A stretch of DNA of 64,000 bases, from contig CAWJRG010000001.1 in assembly GCA_963845185.1 (NCBI GenBank), positions 256,001-320,000 of the forward strand, given 5' to 3'. The notes under the pieces are model-generated. The model was not told the DNA's origin, did not search any database, and saw nothing but the letters and a program-made list of their open reading frames with translations. Below are positions 17,434 to 27,472 of this stretch, one piece after another. Made by a program: the position numbers and the translations under genes. Position 1 is the stretch's first letter, and each line of letters opens with the position of its first letter. This stretch comes from an uncultured bacterium. GTDB taxonomy: Bacteria; Oederibacteriota; PGYV01; CAWJRG01.

Positions 17434-17765
17434 ATCGCGACGCCTTCTTTTTCCGCTTCATAGGATATTGTCCCTGCCTGCCTGGAAAGGACGGAAAATT
17501 CACTTTCTGTTTTTATTATTATATCGGAAGGTATGAGTTCCCCCGCAAGCGCGTTGTTTATTTCCTTAAAAAGGGCGATTTTTTCTTCAAAGCCAATATC
17601 CTGCCCGACCACCAGCAGGATATCAAAATCGCTGTCATTGTCATTATCCATTCTCGCCCTCGATCCGAAAAGTATTATTTTTTCTATAGCAAGATTTTTG
17701 GCTTCAGCGCGGGATTCGATAATCTGTCTTATTTTTTCAATATTTTTATCCGTCTCATTTTTCAT
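17430..17765 (-). CDS. Minimal nucleotidyltransferase (MNT antitoxin)
   Basis: IILFGSRAR..DSDFDILLV. Confidence 0.9.
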   Translation of the reverse strand: MKNETDKNIEKIRQIIESRAEAKNLAIEKIILFGSRARMDNDNDSDFDILLVVGQDIGFEEKIALFKEINNALAGELIPSDIIIKTESEFSVLSRQAGTISYEAEKEGVAI

Positions 17766-17839
17766 ATTTTACGCCTTCCTTTGATTGATATTATACGCCG
17801 CTGCATTTGCTCCGTCAACTCCGCATTTAAAGCTTGAAT

Positions 17840-18028
17840 TTATAGTTTCTTAAAGAAATCATTCCCGTTGTCAACGCGTATAAACCTGCCGCTGAGTGCG
17901 TCTTCCAGCCCTTTGCGTATCGCGCCTATAACCATGGGGTTCCTGTATACCCACGCTTCCCTGTCGGGAATCTCGGCAGTCGGCGAAGTCGCTTCTTTTG
18001 CCTTTTTTGGCTTTTTATATGTTTTCAT
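17840..18028 (-). CDS. Small hypothetical protein, antitoxin C-terminal-like
   Basis: RBS GGAAGGTG; IPDREAWVYRNP..IRKGLEDA resembles antitoxin tails. Confidence 0.45.
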   Translation of the reverse strand: MKTYKKPKKAKEATSPTAEIPDREAWVYRNPMVIGAIRKGLEDALSGRFIRVDNGNDFFKKL

Positions 18029-18182
18029 TTTTTCACCTTCCTACCTAAAGTATAGCCGAAAGCGGGAAAGGTCTCAAGTGGAAAAATGGATAAAATATTC
18101 CCTAAATACATATATTTCTTGCTTTTAATTTCAAAAGCAGTTAAAATTTCTTGTATTTAATTCCAAAATAGTGGAGATAAGA

Positions 18183-19097
18183 TTGGAAAACAAAAGCATT
18201 ATTGATACAGCAACAAAAGTTGCGCATGGTATCAGGAAGCGGGTTCTTGAGCACACCATCAAAAACGGCGGCGGGTACTTGAGCCAGGCTTGCTCATCTG
18301 CAGAAATATTTGCATGCCTTTATTCGGGGATCATGAATCTCGAAAAAGTAAAAACCCCTATTATGCCAAGGCTTTTTGCGGGAGTACCATCTGCATCCAA
18401 TAAGGATTATACACTGGGTTATTTCTTTAACGGCCCTCATACACGCATCTCAGACAGGTTTATTCTCTCCCCCACTCATTATTCGCTTGTATTATACGCC
18501 GCGCTCATAGAATCAGGCAGGATGGACAAGACCGGCCTTGACCTGTTCAATAAGGACGGCTCGTCTGTCGAAATGATAGGCGCCGAGCACTCTCCCGGTA
18601 TGGAGGTCATGACAGGCTCACTTGGTCAGGGACTGAGCCAGGCAATAGGCATGGCTCTTGGCCGCCGCATGAAAGGTGAAACGGGAAAAACCTTTGTTTT
18701 CATGTCTGACGGCGAATTCCAGATAGGCATGGTATGGGAAGCTTTCCAGTTCATGAACCATCATAAACTTGATAATGTCTTAATATTCGTCGACGTCAAC
18801 AAACAGCAGTGTGACGGCGCTATTAATTCAGTAATGAAAATAGACCCGTTTTCAGACAGGCTCAAAGCCTTCGGCGCCGAGGTTTTATCAATAGACGGCC
18901 ATGATGTCAATGCTTTGTTTGAGGCTGCAAAAAATCTGCATAAAGACAAACCACTGGTCGTGCTGTGCAATACCGACCCGTGCAGGTGTATCAGCGAGTT
19001 AAGGACTAACGCAGGCAAGCTGCATTATTTGAGGATAAAAAGCGATGAAGAAAGAAAGAAATACGAAGAAATTTTAAAGGAAATGGAAGGTCTGTAA
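18183..19097 (+). CDS. Transketolase-like, N-terminal (ThDP-binding) subunit
   Basis: TGSLGQGLS, SDGEFQIG..DVN ThDP motif; TTG start after GGAG (alternative GTG at 18171). Confidence 0.85.
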   Translation: MENKSIIDTATKVAHGIRKRVLEHTIKNGGGYLSQACSSAEIFACLYSGIMNLEKVKTPIMPRLFAGVPSASNKDYTLGYFFNGPHTRISDRFILSPTHYSLVLYAALIESGRMDKTGLDLFNKDGSSVEMIGAEHSPGMEVMTGSLGQGLSQAIGMALGRRMKGETGKTFVFMSDGEFQIGMVWEAFQFMNHHKLDNVLIFVDVNKQQCDGAINSVMKIDPFSDRLKAFGAEVLSIDGHDVNALFEAAKNLHKDKPLVVLCNTDPCRCISELRTNAGKLHYLRIKSDEERKKYEEILKEMEGL

Positions 19098-20104
19098 TGG
19101 AAATCCTTTCACAGGTCCACAACAGGAATTTAAAAGAATTCGGCAAGGATAAAAAAGAAGTGCTTGTCCTCACCGCCGACCTGACTTCTTCATGCGAAGC
19201 TGATTATTTTAAAAGCACCTATCCCGACAGGTTCATCTCCTGCGGCATCTCTGAGCAAAACATGCTATCTGTCGCAGGCGGGCTTGCGCGCGAGGGTTTC
19301 ATGCCATTTGTGCATACTTTTGCCGTATTTATATACCGCAGGGCGTTTGACCAGATAGCCATGTCAGTCGCCTATCCCAACCTGCCTGTTAAGATGTTCG
19401 GGTTCCTTCCAGGCATTATGAGCCCTGGCGGCCCAACGCATCAGGCAATTGAGGATATAGCAATAATGCGCTCCCTGCCCAATATGACCGTGCTGGAGGT
19501 TGGCGACGCTACAGAAGTGGAAAGCGTGCTTGAGCTGGCTTATGAAATCAAAGGGCCAGTATATATAAGGATGCTGCGTGGGGAAATCCCGCGGCTTTTT
19601 GATAAAAGAGAGCCAATAAAACTCGATACTCCCAGGATTATTTCAAGCGGGACTGATGTCCTTATAATATCCAGCGGCATCTGCACCGAGGAATGCATGC
19701 GTGCCGTAAATGCCTTGAAGGCAAAGGGCGTGTCAGTCGCGCACGTGCATATATCAACTCTAAAACCTTTTAACAGCAAGGAAATTGCGGACATACTCGC
19801 CATGCCAAAACACGGGATAATAACAGTCGAGAACCACACAACAACAGGCGGGCTCGGCTCTATAATCGCGGAAAAAATGGTTGAAAAAGGAATAAATAAA
19901 AAACTTTCAATGCTCGGCTTAAAAGATACTTTTGCCCATGGTGCGAGTAAACGCTACCTTATGAAGGAATATGGTTTTGACGCCTTTGCAGTTACTGCCG
20001 AAACTGAAAAGCTTATTGGGTTTAAACTCGGCATCACCGAAAAAGATCTGACAGATGCACGAATCGAAGCAGTGCATTCTGCTGCAAAGCCAGAGGCCAT
20101 GTAA
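19097..20104 (+). CDS. Transketolase-like, C-terminal subunit
   Basis: TADL, GISEQNM, RRAFDQI, GPTHQAIED. Confidence 0.85.
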   Translation: MEILSQVHNRNLKEFGKDKKEVLVLTADLTSSCEADYFKSTYPDRFISCGISEQNMLSVAGGLAREGFMPFVHTFAVFIYRRAFDQIAMSVAYPNLPVKMFGFLPGIMSPGGPTHQAIEDIAIMRSLPNMTVLEVGDATEVESVLELAYEIKGPVYIRMLRGEIPRLFDKREPIKLDTPRIISSGTDVLIISSGICTEECMRAVNALKAKGVSVAHVHISTLKPFNSKEIADILAMPKHGIITVENHTTTGGLGSIIAEKMVEKGINKKLSMLGLKDTFAHGASKRYLMKEYGFDAFAVTAETEKLIGFKLGITEKDLTDARIEAVHSAAKPEAM

Positions 20105-20135
20105 TATTGTTGATTGTCAAAAAAACGGAGGAAAA

Positions 20136-21245
20136 ATGAGGTTTTCAGTAATCTATTCTATCTCAGGGTCAATAGCAGAGGTTAAAAAGCGGGCTTTTAA
20201 TGTATGCATAGAACAAACCATAGAATTTCCTTTTCATTTAGTTAAAGATAAGTATATTAGAAATGAGATTGTCGGCAAAATAAAATCACTCAAGCCTGTT
20301 TCAAAAAATCGCTTTCTTGCTGAAATTACTTATTCCGAAGCCTCTGCAGGAAACGAGCTCACGCAGTTTTTAAATGTTGTTTTTGGCAACACCAGCATTA
20401 ATCCAGGTATAAGGATCGAGTCTATCAAATTATCCCCGGGGTTGCTGGAAAAATTCAAAGGCCCGCGTTTTGGTGTAAAAGGCATAAGAAAACTTCTAAA
20501 GGCTTATAACAGGCCACTGATTTGCTCTGCAATAAAACCAATGGGCTTGACCCCAAAAGAACTTGCCGACTTGGCCTATAAGTTTGCCCTTGGCGGAGTT
20601 GATTTTATAAAAGATGACCACGGTCTTGCGAACCAGCTGTTTTCCCCATATGAACAGAGGGTAAAACTTGTAGCGCAGGCAGTAAAAAAAGCTAATAAAA
20701 TAACAAAAAAGACTTGTCTTTATGCGCCAAATATCACTGCTGACGGAGATGATGAGATAATCAGGCGCGCAAAATATGCTAAAAAAGCAGGCGCAGGTGC
20801 TCTTGTAATATCCCCGGGTCTTGCCGGTTTTAATATTGTCAAAAAGATATCTTCTATCAAGTCAATAAATCTTCCTATTCTTTTACATCCTGCCCTTCTC
20901 GGCAGTTTTACAGTGGATAAATACTCCGGCTTTTCCCATTTTTTCCTTTATGGCCAGCTAGCGCGCATGTGCGGGGCAGACATATCAATATTCCCGAATT
21001 ACGGCGGCAGATTTTCTTTTTCAAAAGAGGATTGCAAAAATATAGCTTTTGGCTGTAAGGCCAAAATGGGCAATATTAAAAATATATTTCCCGGCCCCGG
21101 CGGCGGCATGACATTGGCAAACGTAAAGCAGATGAAGGAGTTTTACGGTAACGACGTGGTATTTTTAATGGGCGGCGGCCTTCACGAAGCAGGCCCGGAT
21201 ATTGTAGAAAACGTTAAAAAATTCAGGAAATTAATTTCAGGTTAA
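20136..21245 (+). CDS. RuBisCO-like protein (form IV, KDDHG type)
   Basis: EQTIEFP, FGNTS, GPRFG, IKPMG, GGVDFIKDDHGLANQ, PGGGM; ATG at 20136 after GGAGG. Confidence 0.85.
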   Translation: MRFSVIYSISGSIAEVKKRAFNVCIEQTIEFPFHLVKDKYIRNEIVGKIKSLKPVSKNRFLAEITYSEASAGNELTQFLNVVFGNTSINPGIRIESIKLSPGLLEKFKGPRFGVKGIRKLLKAYNRPLICSAIKPMGLTPKELADLAYKFALGGVDFIKDDHGLANQLFSPYEQRVKLVAQAVKKANKITKKTCLYAPNITADGDDEIIRRAKYAKKAGAGALVISPGLAGFNIVKKISSIKSINLPILLHPALLGSFTVDKYSGFSHFFLYGQLARMCGADISIFPNYGGRFSFSKEDCKNIAFGCKAKMGNIKNIFPGPGGGMTLANVKQMKEFYGNDVVFLMGGGLHEAGPDIVENVKKFRKLISG

Positions 21246-22040
21246 ATTCAGCAGTTTTTGCGCGTTCTTATAATATATTTTATCCTTTATCTCTTTATCG
21301 TTTATAACCTGCTCTATTTTTTTCTTTATATTTGCAGCCCTCTCCCACGGAAAGTCGGTGCCGAAAAGTATTTTTTCCGGGCCATGGGCTTTTATCATTT
21401 GCCTGTATAAATCGTCATTGATTTCATCTGTATATGCAGTATCAAAATAAACATCTTTACCGATAAGGTATTTCATTACATCATCCCACTGCCTGTATCC
21501 ACCCATATGCGCGAGTATAAGTTTTAAACCCTTGATTTTTAAAACTTCGGCAAATCTTTGTGGGGTGCTGTGCACATCATCATAAGCCAGGTCCACACCG
21601 GCATGAAATAAAATTACAAGGTTGTTTTTCCTGCAGGCATCGTATATTTTATTCACCCTTTCTTCATCCGGGTAAAAACCCATGTAATCAGGGTGAAGTT
21701 TGATCCCTTTTATACCGGATTTTGCTATAAACTCCAGTTCTTCATGAATATTGCCTATTTTATCAAAATCAGGATGCATTGCGCCAAAGCATATGATTCT
21801 TCCGTCAGATTGCTGGTTATTCTCAATCATTTTCCTGTTTATGCCTGTTACTTGCTCGGGTTTAGTAGCTACAGGTTGGTTTATGGAAATAGACACGCCG
21901 TCTTCGTCCATTTCTTTCCTTAACGTCGCCATATTATAGCCATATGACTTTACTTCTTCTTTTGCATTATGTATCAACAATTCCACTGCTTTTTCCGCAA
22001 TACTATCCGGGAAAAAGTGCGCATGCACGTCAATCAGCAT
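21237..22040 (-). CDS. Amidohydrolase family protein (TIM barrel)
   Basis: IDVHAH, GIKLHP, FHAG, LAHMGG, LFGTDFP. Confidence 0.85.
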   Translation of the reverse strand: MLIDVHAHFFPDSIAEKAVELLIHNAKEEVKSYGYNMATLRKEMDEDGVSISINQPVATKPEQVTGINRKMIENNQQSDGRIICFGAMHPDFDKIGNIHEELEFIAKSGIKGIKLHPDYMGFYPDEERVNKIYDACRKNNLVILFHAGVDLAYDDVHSTPQRFAEVLKIKGLKLILAHMGGYRQWDDVMKYLIGKDVYFDTAYTDEINDDLYRQMIKAHGPEKILFGTDFPWERAANIKKKIEQVINDKEIKDKIYYKNAQKLLNLT

Positions 22041-22048
22041 AAAGCCTC

Positions 22049-23131
22049 CTAGTAGTTTTTTCCAAAAACAGCCAGTCTTTTAAAAATCTTGCCTTTTTCA
22101 GAAAGTTCAATTTTTGAAGTATTGACGATTTCTTTCAAAAAGTCAATATTTCTATCGTAAAGTTGCCTGTTTACAGGATACGGTATACCGTCTTTGCCGC
22201 CATGGGCAAAGCTATATGTTATTGGATCCTTATAAGATGGCTCCTTTTTATAAATCAGCTCTGATATTAAAACGAGTGAACGCATTGACTTTGGTCCGAA
22301 GCCTTTTGTCAAAAGCAGGCTTTCGAAATCTCCGGGTTGCGTCTCGTAGGTTTTTAGCAGTATTTTTTCCATGTTTTTCGGGTTTATATCTTCCCTTATT
22401 ATCTCGTGCCTTGCAGGAAGGTCATAATTTGATATTATCCTGACCTCGCCCAGTACTTTCTCCGGGTTCTCTTTTGAAATACCAAGTGTGACATCGCGCG
22501 CGTCTTTGCTTTCATTTGCGGTCATATTCAGGACTTCATCCTCTTTTTTCTCTCCGCATATTGCCTTATGCGGCTCAATGATAAAACTTTTTATATCATC
22601 CGAAAGCCAGTGATAGCGCCTTGCGTATTTTGTCGTCCCGTTCATTCCCTGCTGGATTACGGCCCATTTGCCTGATTTTGTAAAAAGTATATGGTGAAGG
22701 TAAAGCTGGTATCCGTCCTGTATTGCGACTGAGTCGACTTTTGCCGTAAGTTTGCTTATTCTCACGTAATTTGAAGTATCTGCTCCCAGTGCTTTTGCAT
22801 GCGCAAGCAGTTCGTCCGGTGTGTTTCTTGATTTCCCGCCTTTGCCGCCTGCAACAAACACGCCTGTGTCTTTTTCCGTGCCTGCAAGAGCTTCTTTTAC
22901 CGCAGCGTTTACAGTCGTCGTAAGCCCGCTTGAGTGCCAGTCAAAGCCGAGCACGCAACCGAATGCCTGGAACCATAAAGGGTCAGACAGCCTGGATAAA
23001 ACTTCATCGGGCCCGTATTCTTTGATTATTAAAAAAAGCATTTCACGGGCAAGTTTTTTCATACGGTTAAAAAGCCAGGCAGGTGCTTTTCCTCCGTGCA
23101 AAGGTAGGTTTGCAATAGATTTTGTTATCAT
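22049..23131 (-). CDS. DUF763 domain protein
   Basis: LPLHGGKAPAWLF, GFDWHSSGLTT, SFAHGGKDG. Confidence 0.85.
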   Translation of the reverse strand: MITKSIANLPLHGGKAPAWLFNRMKKLAREMLFLIIKEYGPDEVLSRLSDPLWFQAFGCVLGFDWHSSGLTTTVNAAVKEALAGTEKDTGVFVAGGKGGKSRNTPDELLAHAKALGADTSNYVRISKLTAKVDSVAIQDGYQLYLHHILFTKSGKWAVIQQGMNGTTKYARRYHWLSDDIKSFIIEPHKAICGEKKEDEVLNMTANESKDARDVTLGISKENPEKVLGEVRIISNYDLPARHEIIREDINPKNMEKILLKTYETQPGDFESLLLTKGFGPKSMRSLVLISELIYKKEPSYKDPITYSFAHGGKDGIPYPVNRQLYDRNIDFLKEIVNTSKIELSEKGKIFKRLAVFGKNY

Positions 23132-23155
23132 CTTATTTCGTGCTCCAATCCAAAT

Positions 23156-24019
23156 CTATCTTATCTCTTTTAATCTGGATTCGTAATAAATCCTCTTGTT
23201 CTGCTCAATTTTATTCATAGTGTAAAGGTGTATGCCTTTTACGTTATTTTTTATCAGGTGGTTTATCTGGCCGACAGTGTATTGCACCGTGTCCTCGCAT
23301 ACATGCGCGTTTATGTCGCAGGAAGCTGTTGCTTTCCTGAACCTCTCAGGTATTTCAATGCTGCACAGGTTTGCCATTCTTTCCAAATTTGCTATCTTTG
23401 TAGCGGTCATAATACCCGGCAAAACAGGCACTTTAATCCCTGTTTTTACAAGCATTTCGAAATATCTGTAAAAATGATCGTTGTCAAGGAAAAGCTGAGT
23501 GGTGATAAAATCCGCGCCTGCATCTGTTTTTTCTTTCAAATGTTTTATATCTTCATCAATATTTTTTGCTTCCGGGTGTTTTTCCGGATAGCCAGCCACG
23601 CCAACACAAAAATCCCAGCCTTTTTTTATGAATTTCACAAGGTCAACTGCATACCTGAAATCCAGGAACGGTTTTTTTTCGTTTTCCGGCAAATCCCCTC
23701 TCAAAGCAAGTATATTCTGGATATTTTTATTTTTAAGCTCGTCAAGGATTTTGGCGATTGAATCTTTTGTCGCGCCTATACACGTGAGGTGGGCAAGTGC
23801 TGGAATACGATAGCTATTTTCTATTTTGTCCGCTATTTCGACTGTCCTGCCTTTTGTCGAACCTCCCGCGCCGTATGTGACACTGATAAAATCAGGCTTT
23901 AATTCCTTCAGCTGCTCGATTGTATTGTATATTACGGATATGTCATCATCGCGCTTTGGCGGGAAAACTTCGAGCGAGAAAATGAATTTTTTATTATTTA
24001 ATATGTCTTTTATTTTCAA
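23156..24019 (-). CDS. metF: Methylenetetrahydrofolate reductase
   Basis: SLEVFPPK, SVTYGAGGS, AHLTC, LALRGD, AGYPEKH, ITTQLF. Confidence 0.92.
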   Translation of the reverse strand: MKIKDILNNKKFIFSLEVFPPKRDDDISVIYNTIEQLKELKPDFISVTYGAGGSTKGRTVEIADKIENSYRIPALAHLTCIGATKDSIAKILDELKNKNIQNILALRGDLPENEKKPFLDFRYAVDLVKFIKKGWDFCVGVAGYPEKHPEAKNIDEDIKHLKEKTDAGADFITTQLFLDNDHFYRYFEMLVKTGIKVPVLPGIMTATKIANLERMANLCSIEIPERFRKATASCDINAHVCEDTVQYTVGQINHLIKNNVKGIHLYTMNKIEQNKRIYYESRLKEIR

Positions 24020-24032
24020 TTTTACTGCCTTT

Positions 24033-24785
24033 TTATCGTCTGCTTCTTAATTTGGCAAGCAGGTTCAAAATCTCTATGTAAAGCCATACCAGGGTGACTA
24101 TTATGCCAAACGCAGCATACCATTCCATATATTTCGGCGCGCCTGCCTCTGCCCCTGACTCAATAAAATCAAAATCAAGAACCAGGTTCAATGACGCTAT
24201 TATAACGACAAAAACCGAAAACCCGATTCCTATCCATCCGCTCTGGTGTATATAAGGGATTCCTATATTGAAAAATCCGAGTATTAAATCAATCAAATAA
24301 ACCAGGGCAATTCCGGCTGTGGCGGCAAATACACCCAGCTTGAATTTTTCCGTAACTTTTATTATCCGCGACTTATATGCAAATAAAAGCATAAGGAGCA
24401 CTCCAAGCGTAAGCGACACTGCCTGTATGACAATACCCGGGTATTGCTTTTCAAATATGGCCGAAATGCCGCCAAGCACCAAACCTTCGCACAAAGCGTA
24501 TAAAGAGCCTGTAATTGCAGCTATTTTTTTGATGAATATTGTAAGTAAAGCAAAAACAAGCCCTCCAATAATCCCTGCCCACAGACAAGCCATTACTGTT
24601 TGAATATCTCCCTTATAAAACTCCCTCCATGTCCATAAAGCCGTGCATAAAAGCAATACAGAAAAGAAAAATGTTTTATTTGTGGCACCATCTATTGTCA
24701 TTTTCTGCCCGCCCGCGGCACTTTCAACTGCCTTAAAAGTGTTCTGCCCCAGAGCTGGGTTTGATGTCCTAAAAAGTCCCGGCAT
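24033..24785 (-). CDS. Bax inhibitor-1/YccA family membrane protein
   Basis: RTSNPAL start, NLVLDFDFIE..GAPKYMEWY..LVWLYIEIL. Confidence 0.85.
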   Translation of the reverse strand: MPGLFRTSNPALGQNTFKAVESAAGGQKMTIDGATNKTFFFSVLLLCTALWTWREFYKGDIQTVMACLWAGIIGGLVFALLTIFIKKIAAITGSLYALCEGLVLGGISAIFEKQYPGIVIQAVSLTLGVLLMLLFAYKSRIIKVTEKFKLGVFAATAGIALVYLIDLILGFFNIGIPYIHQSGWIGIGFSVFVVIIASLNLVLDFDFIESGAEAGAPKYMEWYAAFGIIVTLVWLYIEILNLLAKLRSRR

Positions 24786-24893
24786 ATTAGTCTCCTTATG
24801 TTTGGTTTGCTTTTATAATCGTATAATCTTTATATAAAAACATCTTAATGTTTTTATATCCTGATGTCAATATTAAACAAATTCTTGATAAAT

Positions 24894-24923
24894 AAAAAAG
24901 GCAACCTGTCAGGTTGCCTTTTA
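24894..24923 (-). terminator. Rho-independent terminator
   Basis: aaaaggcaacctgtcaggttgcctttt hairpin downstream of the GH94 gene. Confidence 0.7.
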
Positions 24924-24944
24924 TCTTTTTAATCAAATTACAGC

Positions 24945-27293
24945 TTACCCCATTATAACTTCTATAGAATGCTCCTTGTTGTCTTTAAATATCGGCACTA
25001 AATTGCCCTTTATTATCTTGCCATCGGCCGTGACTTTTTTTACGCCTTTATTTACACCATCGGGGTTTTTTACTGTGATATTGTAAGTCGCGCCCCTGAA
25101 TACCCTTTTTACCTTGAACCCCTTCCACTTTTTTGGTATACAGGGATCAATTATAAGCCCGTTAAAATCAGTCCTTACTCCAAGTATATATTGTGATATT
25201 GCCACAAAGTTCCATGCGGCTGTGCCTGTGAGCCATGAATTTTTTGCCTGCCCAAAGTCCTTGTGTTCTTTTCCGGCTATCATCTGCGAATAAACATAAG
25301 GCTCGGTCCAGTGTACATCGGCTATGTCGTTAAGTGCTGCTGGAAGTATGGTCTTATAGTACAGCATTGCTTCCTCTCCCCTGCCCGCCATGGCTTCGGA
25401 GCACATTGCCCATGGGTTTGTATGGCAGAATATTGCCGCGTTTTCCTTTAAGCCCTTGGGAAATACCGAAACATATCCAAGTTCCTCGTGGTGTTCCGAA
25501 TATGCCGGCCAGAAAAGGACTATGCCGTATTTTGTATATAAATTTTTCTTTATGCTGTTTAAAGTGGTTATCATTCTTTCGCCTTCGGCCACTCCGGATA
25601 AAACCGCCCATGTGTTCGACTCAATCCATATTTTACCCTCCTTATTATTGGAAGAACCTACCGGTGTGCCGTCGTCTTCAAAAGCCCTTAAATACCATTC
25701 CCCGTCCCATGCTTTTTCATTTATCCTTTTCTTCATCTCTATTGCCATTTCCCTGTATTTTTCCACGTCAAGAACCCTGCCGGATTTCTCGGCAAGTTCG
25801 GCAAGAAGGTTTGCGCCAAGAACGAACTGACAGGCTATCATTACCGAAGACCCCATGCCTTTCGGCCCTGCTAAATTCAGACAGTCGTTCCAATCTGCTT
25901 TACCCGCTTTCGGCAGGCCTTGCCAGCCTGTATTATTCCATGAATATTCAATCGCCCTCTGAACATGCTCGTACATTTTTCCTTTGCTTTCATCGTTATA
26001 AGGCACTATCTCATTTAAAAAATTGATGTCCCCAGATTCTCTTATGTAATTATGTACAGCCTGAACAAGCCATAAATGATCATCGCCAAATCCATCGCCC
26101 CTGCCCTTTTTGGTAAGCGGCGAGTAACCGTGCATGGCGCAGCCTTCGGGAAACTGAACCGAAGCTAATTCAATAAGTCTCGCCCTTACTTTATCCGGTA
26201 TCTGGTGGGCAAATCCCAGCGTGTCCTGGTTTGAATCCCTGAAACCCATTCCGCGCTCCCCGCCCGCCTCGTAATATGATGCCGACCTCGACCAATTGAA
26301 TGTTGTCTTGCACTGATATTGGTTCCATATATTTACCATGGAATTAATTGCCGGATCCGGGGTTTCCGCGGAATATTTGCTTAAATTATCGTCCCAGTGG
26401 CTGCGTAAATCCGCAAATTCCTTGTCAACCGAGCCTGGCTTTTTATATTTTGCAAATACTTTTTTTTCCTCGCCCATCTTTTCCTCATAACCAAGTATAA
26501 AAGTCACCTGCTTTTCCTGCCCTGCTTTGAGGCTTACGTTAATATTAAGCCCTGCAAAAGGTGCCCATCCTACTGCGAGAGAGTTTGAGCATTTGCCTTT
26601 TTCTACGGCTATTGGGTTTGCTTCACCCCTGTACGGCCCGGTAAAAGACTGTCTAACGCCGTCATATGAGGCTACTTTTTTATCCGCCCAGAAATAGGAA
26701 AAACAATTCTGGTGCGCGTGATAGTTAGTTACATGGTATATTGCGTTATTTAAAAATTTTGTCTGGCCTATATTAAGGTTGTACTGAAAATCGGTTGCGT
26801 CATTTTGTGCGTCCCACATGCAGAATTCCACATAAGTAAAAAGGCTTAAACTTTTCACTTTTTTCGAATTATTTTTGATTTTAATACGCCATATTTCATG
26901 GCTTTCTCCGATAGGAACAAAGTAAGTTGTCTCGGATGCTATACCTGCGTATTCGGCCCTAATCTTGGTATAACTTAACCCGTGCCTGCATTCGTATTTA
27001 TATTTTTTTAAATCCTTGTTTGTAGGTTGCCAAGACGCAGACCAGTAATCTTTTGATTTATTATCCCTGATATAAATATACCTTCCGGGCCTGTCGCTGG
27101 GAACATTATTATAACGGTATCTAAGTATTCTCCTGTGGGCCGCATCGCGGTAAAAACTGTACCCTCCCGCGGTATTTGACATAAGACCGCAGTAAACATC
27201 CACTCCAAGATAATTAATCCATGGCAGCGGCGTATCCGGCCTTGTTATGACATATTCCCTGTTTTCGTCGTCAAAATACCCATATCGCATCAT
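24945..27293 (-). CDS. GH94 glycoside phosphorylase (cellobiose/chitobiose/cellodextrin type)
   Basis: YGYFDDENREYVIT..PWINY, GFRDSNQD, ADWNDCL, KNSWLTGTAAW. Confidence 0.9.
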   Translation of the reverse strand: MMRYGYFDDENREYVITRPDTPLPWINYLGVDVYCGLMSNTAGGYSFYRDAAHRRILRYRYNNVPSDRPGRYIYIRDNKSKDYWSASWQPTNKDLKKYKYECRHGLSYTKIRAEYAGIASETTYFVPIGESHEIWRIKIKNNSKKVKSLSLFTYVEFCMWDAQNDATDFQYNLNIGQTKFLNNAIYHVTNYHAHQNCFSYFWADKKVASYDGVRQSFTGPYRGEANPIAVEKGKCSNSLAVGWAPFAGLNINVSLKAGQEKQVTFILGYEEKMGEEKKVFAKYKKPGSVDKEFADLRSHWDDNLSKYSAETPDPAINSMVNIWNQYQCKTTFNWSRSASYYEAGGERGMGFRDSNQDTLGFAHQIPDKVRARLIELASVQFPEGCAMHGYSPLTKKGRGDGFGDDHLWLVQAVHNYIRESGDINFLNEIVPYNDESKGKMYEHVQRAIEYSWNNTGWQGLPKAGKADWNDCLNLAGPKGMGSSVMIACQFVLGANLLAELAEKSGRVLDVEKYREMAIEMKKRINEKAWDGEWYLRAFEDDGTPVGSSNNKEGKIWIESNTWAVLSGVAEGERMITTLNSIKKNLYTKYGIVLFWPAYSEHHEELGYVSVFPKGLKENAAIFCHTNPWAMCSEAMAGRGEEAMLYYKTILPAALNDIADVHWTEPYVYSQMIAGKEHKDFGQAKNSWLTGTAAWNFVAISQYILGVRTDFNGLIIDPCIPKKWKGFKVKRVFRGATYNITVKNPDGVNKGVKKVTADGKIIKGNLVPIFKDNKEHSIEVIMG

Positions 27294-27402
27294 TTTTCTC
27301 CCGATAACTGTCTTTGTTTTATTCCTGATGATTTTTTTTGGCGGGAACTATATATAAACTCCCTCACCAAACAATCACTTCCAAGATTATTTCACAAGAA
27401 TA

Positions 27403-27453
27403 ATACAGATAAAAATAAGGGGAAATTTATTTTCCCCTTATTTTTATCTGTAT
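27403..27453. terminator. 23-bp perfect inverted repeat, probable terminator or stabilising hairpin
   Basis: atacagataaaaataaggggaaa-tttat-tttccccttatttttatctgtat. Confidence 0.7.
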
Positions 27454-27472
27454 ATTGTAATAACTTTTATTT

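Noticed and set aside
20136..21245. CO2-fixing RuBisCO
   Set aside because: KDDHG instead of KDDE, short length, no small subunit or phosphoribulokinase; form IV
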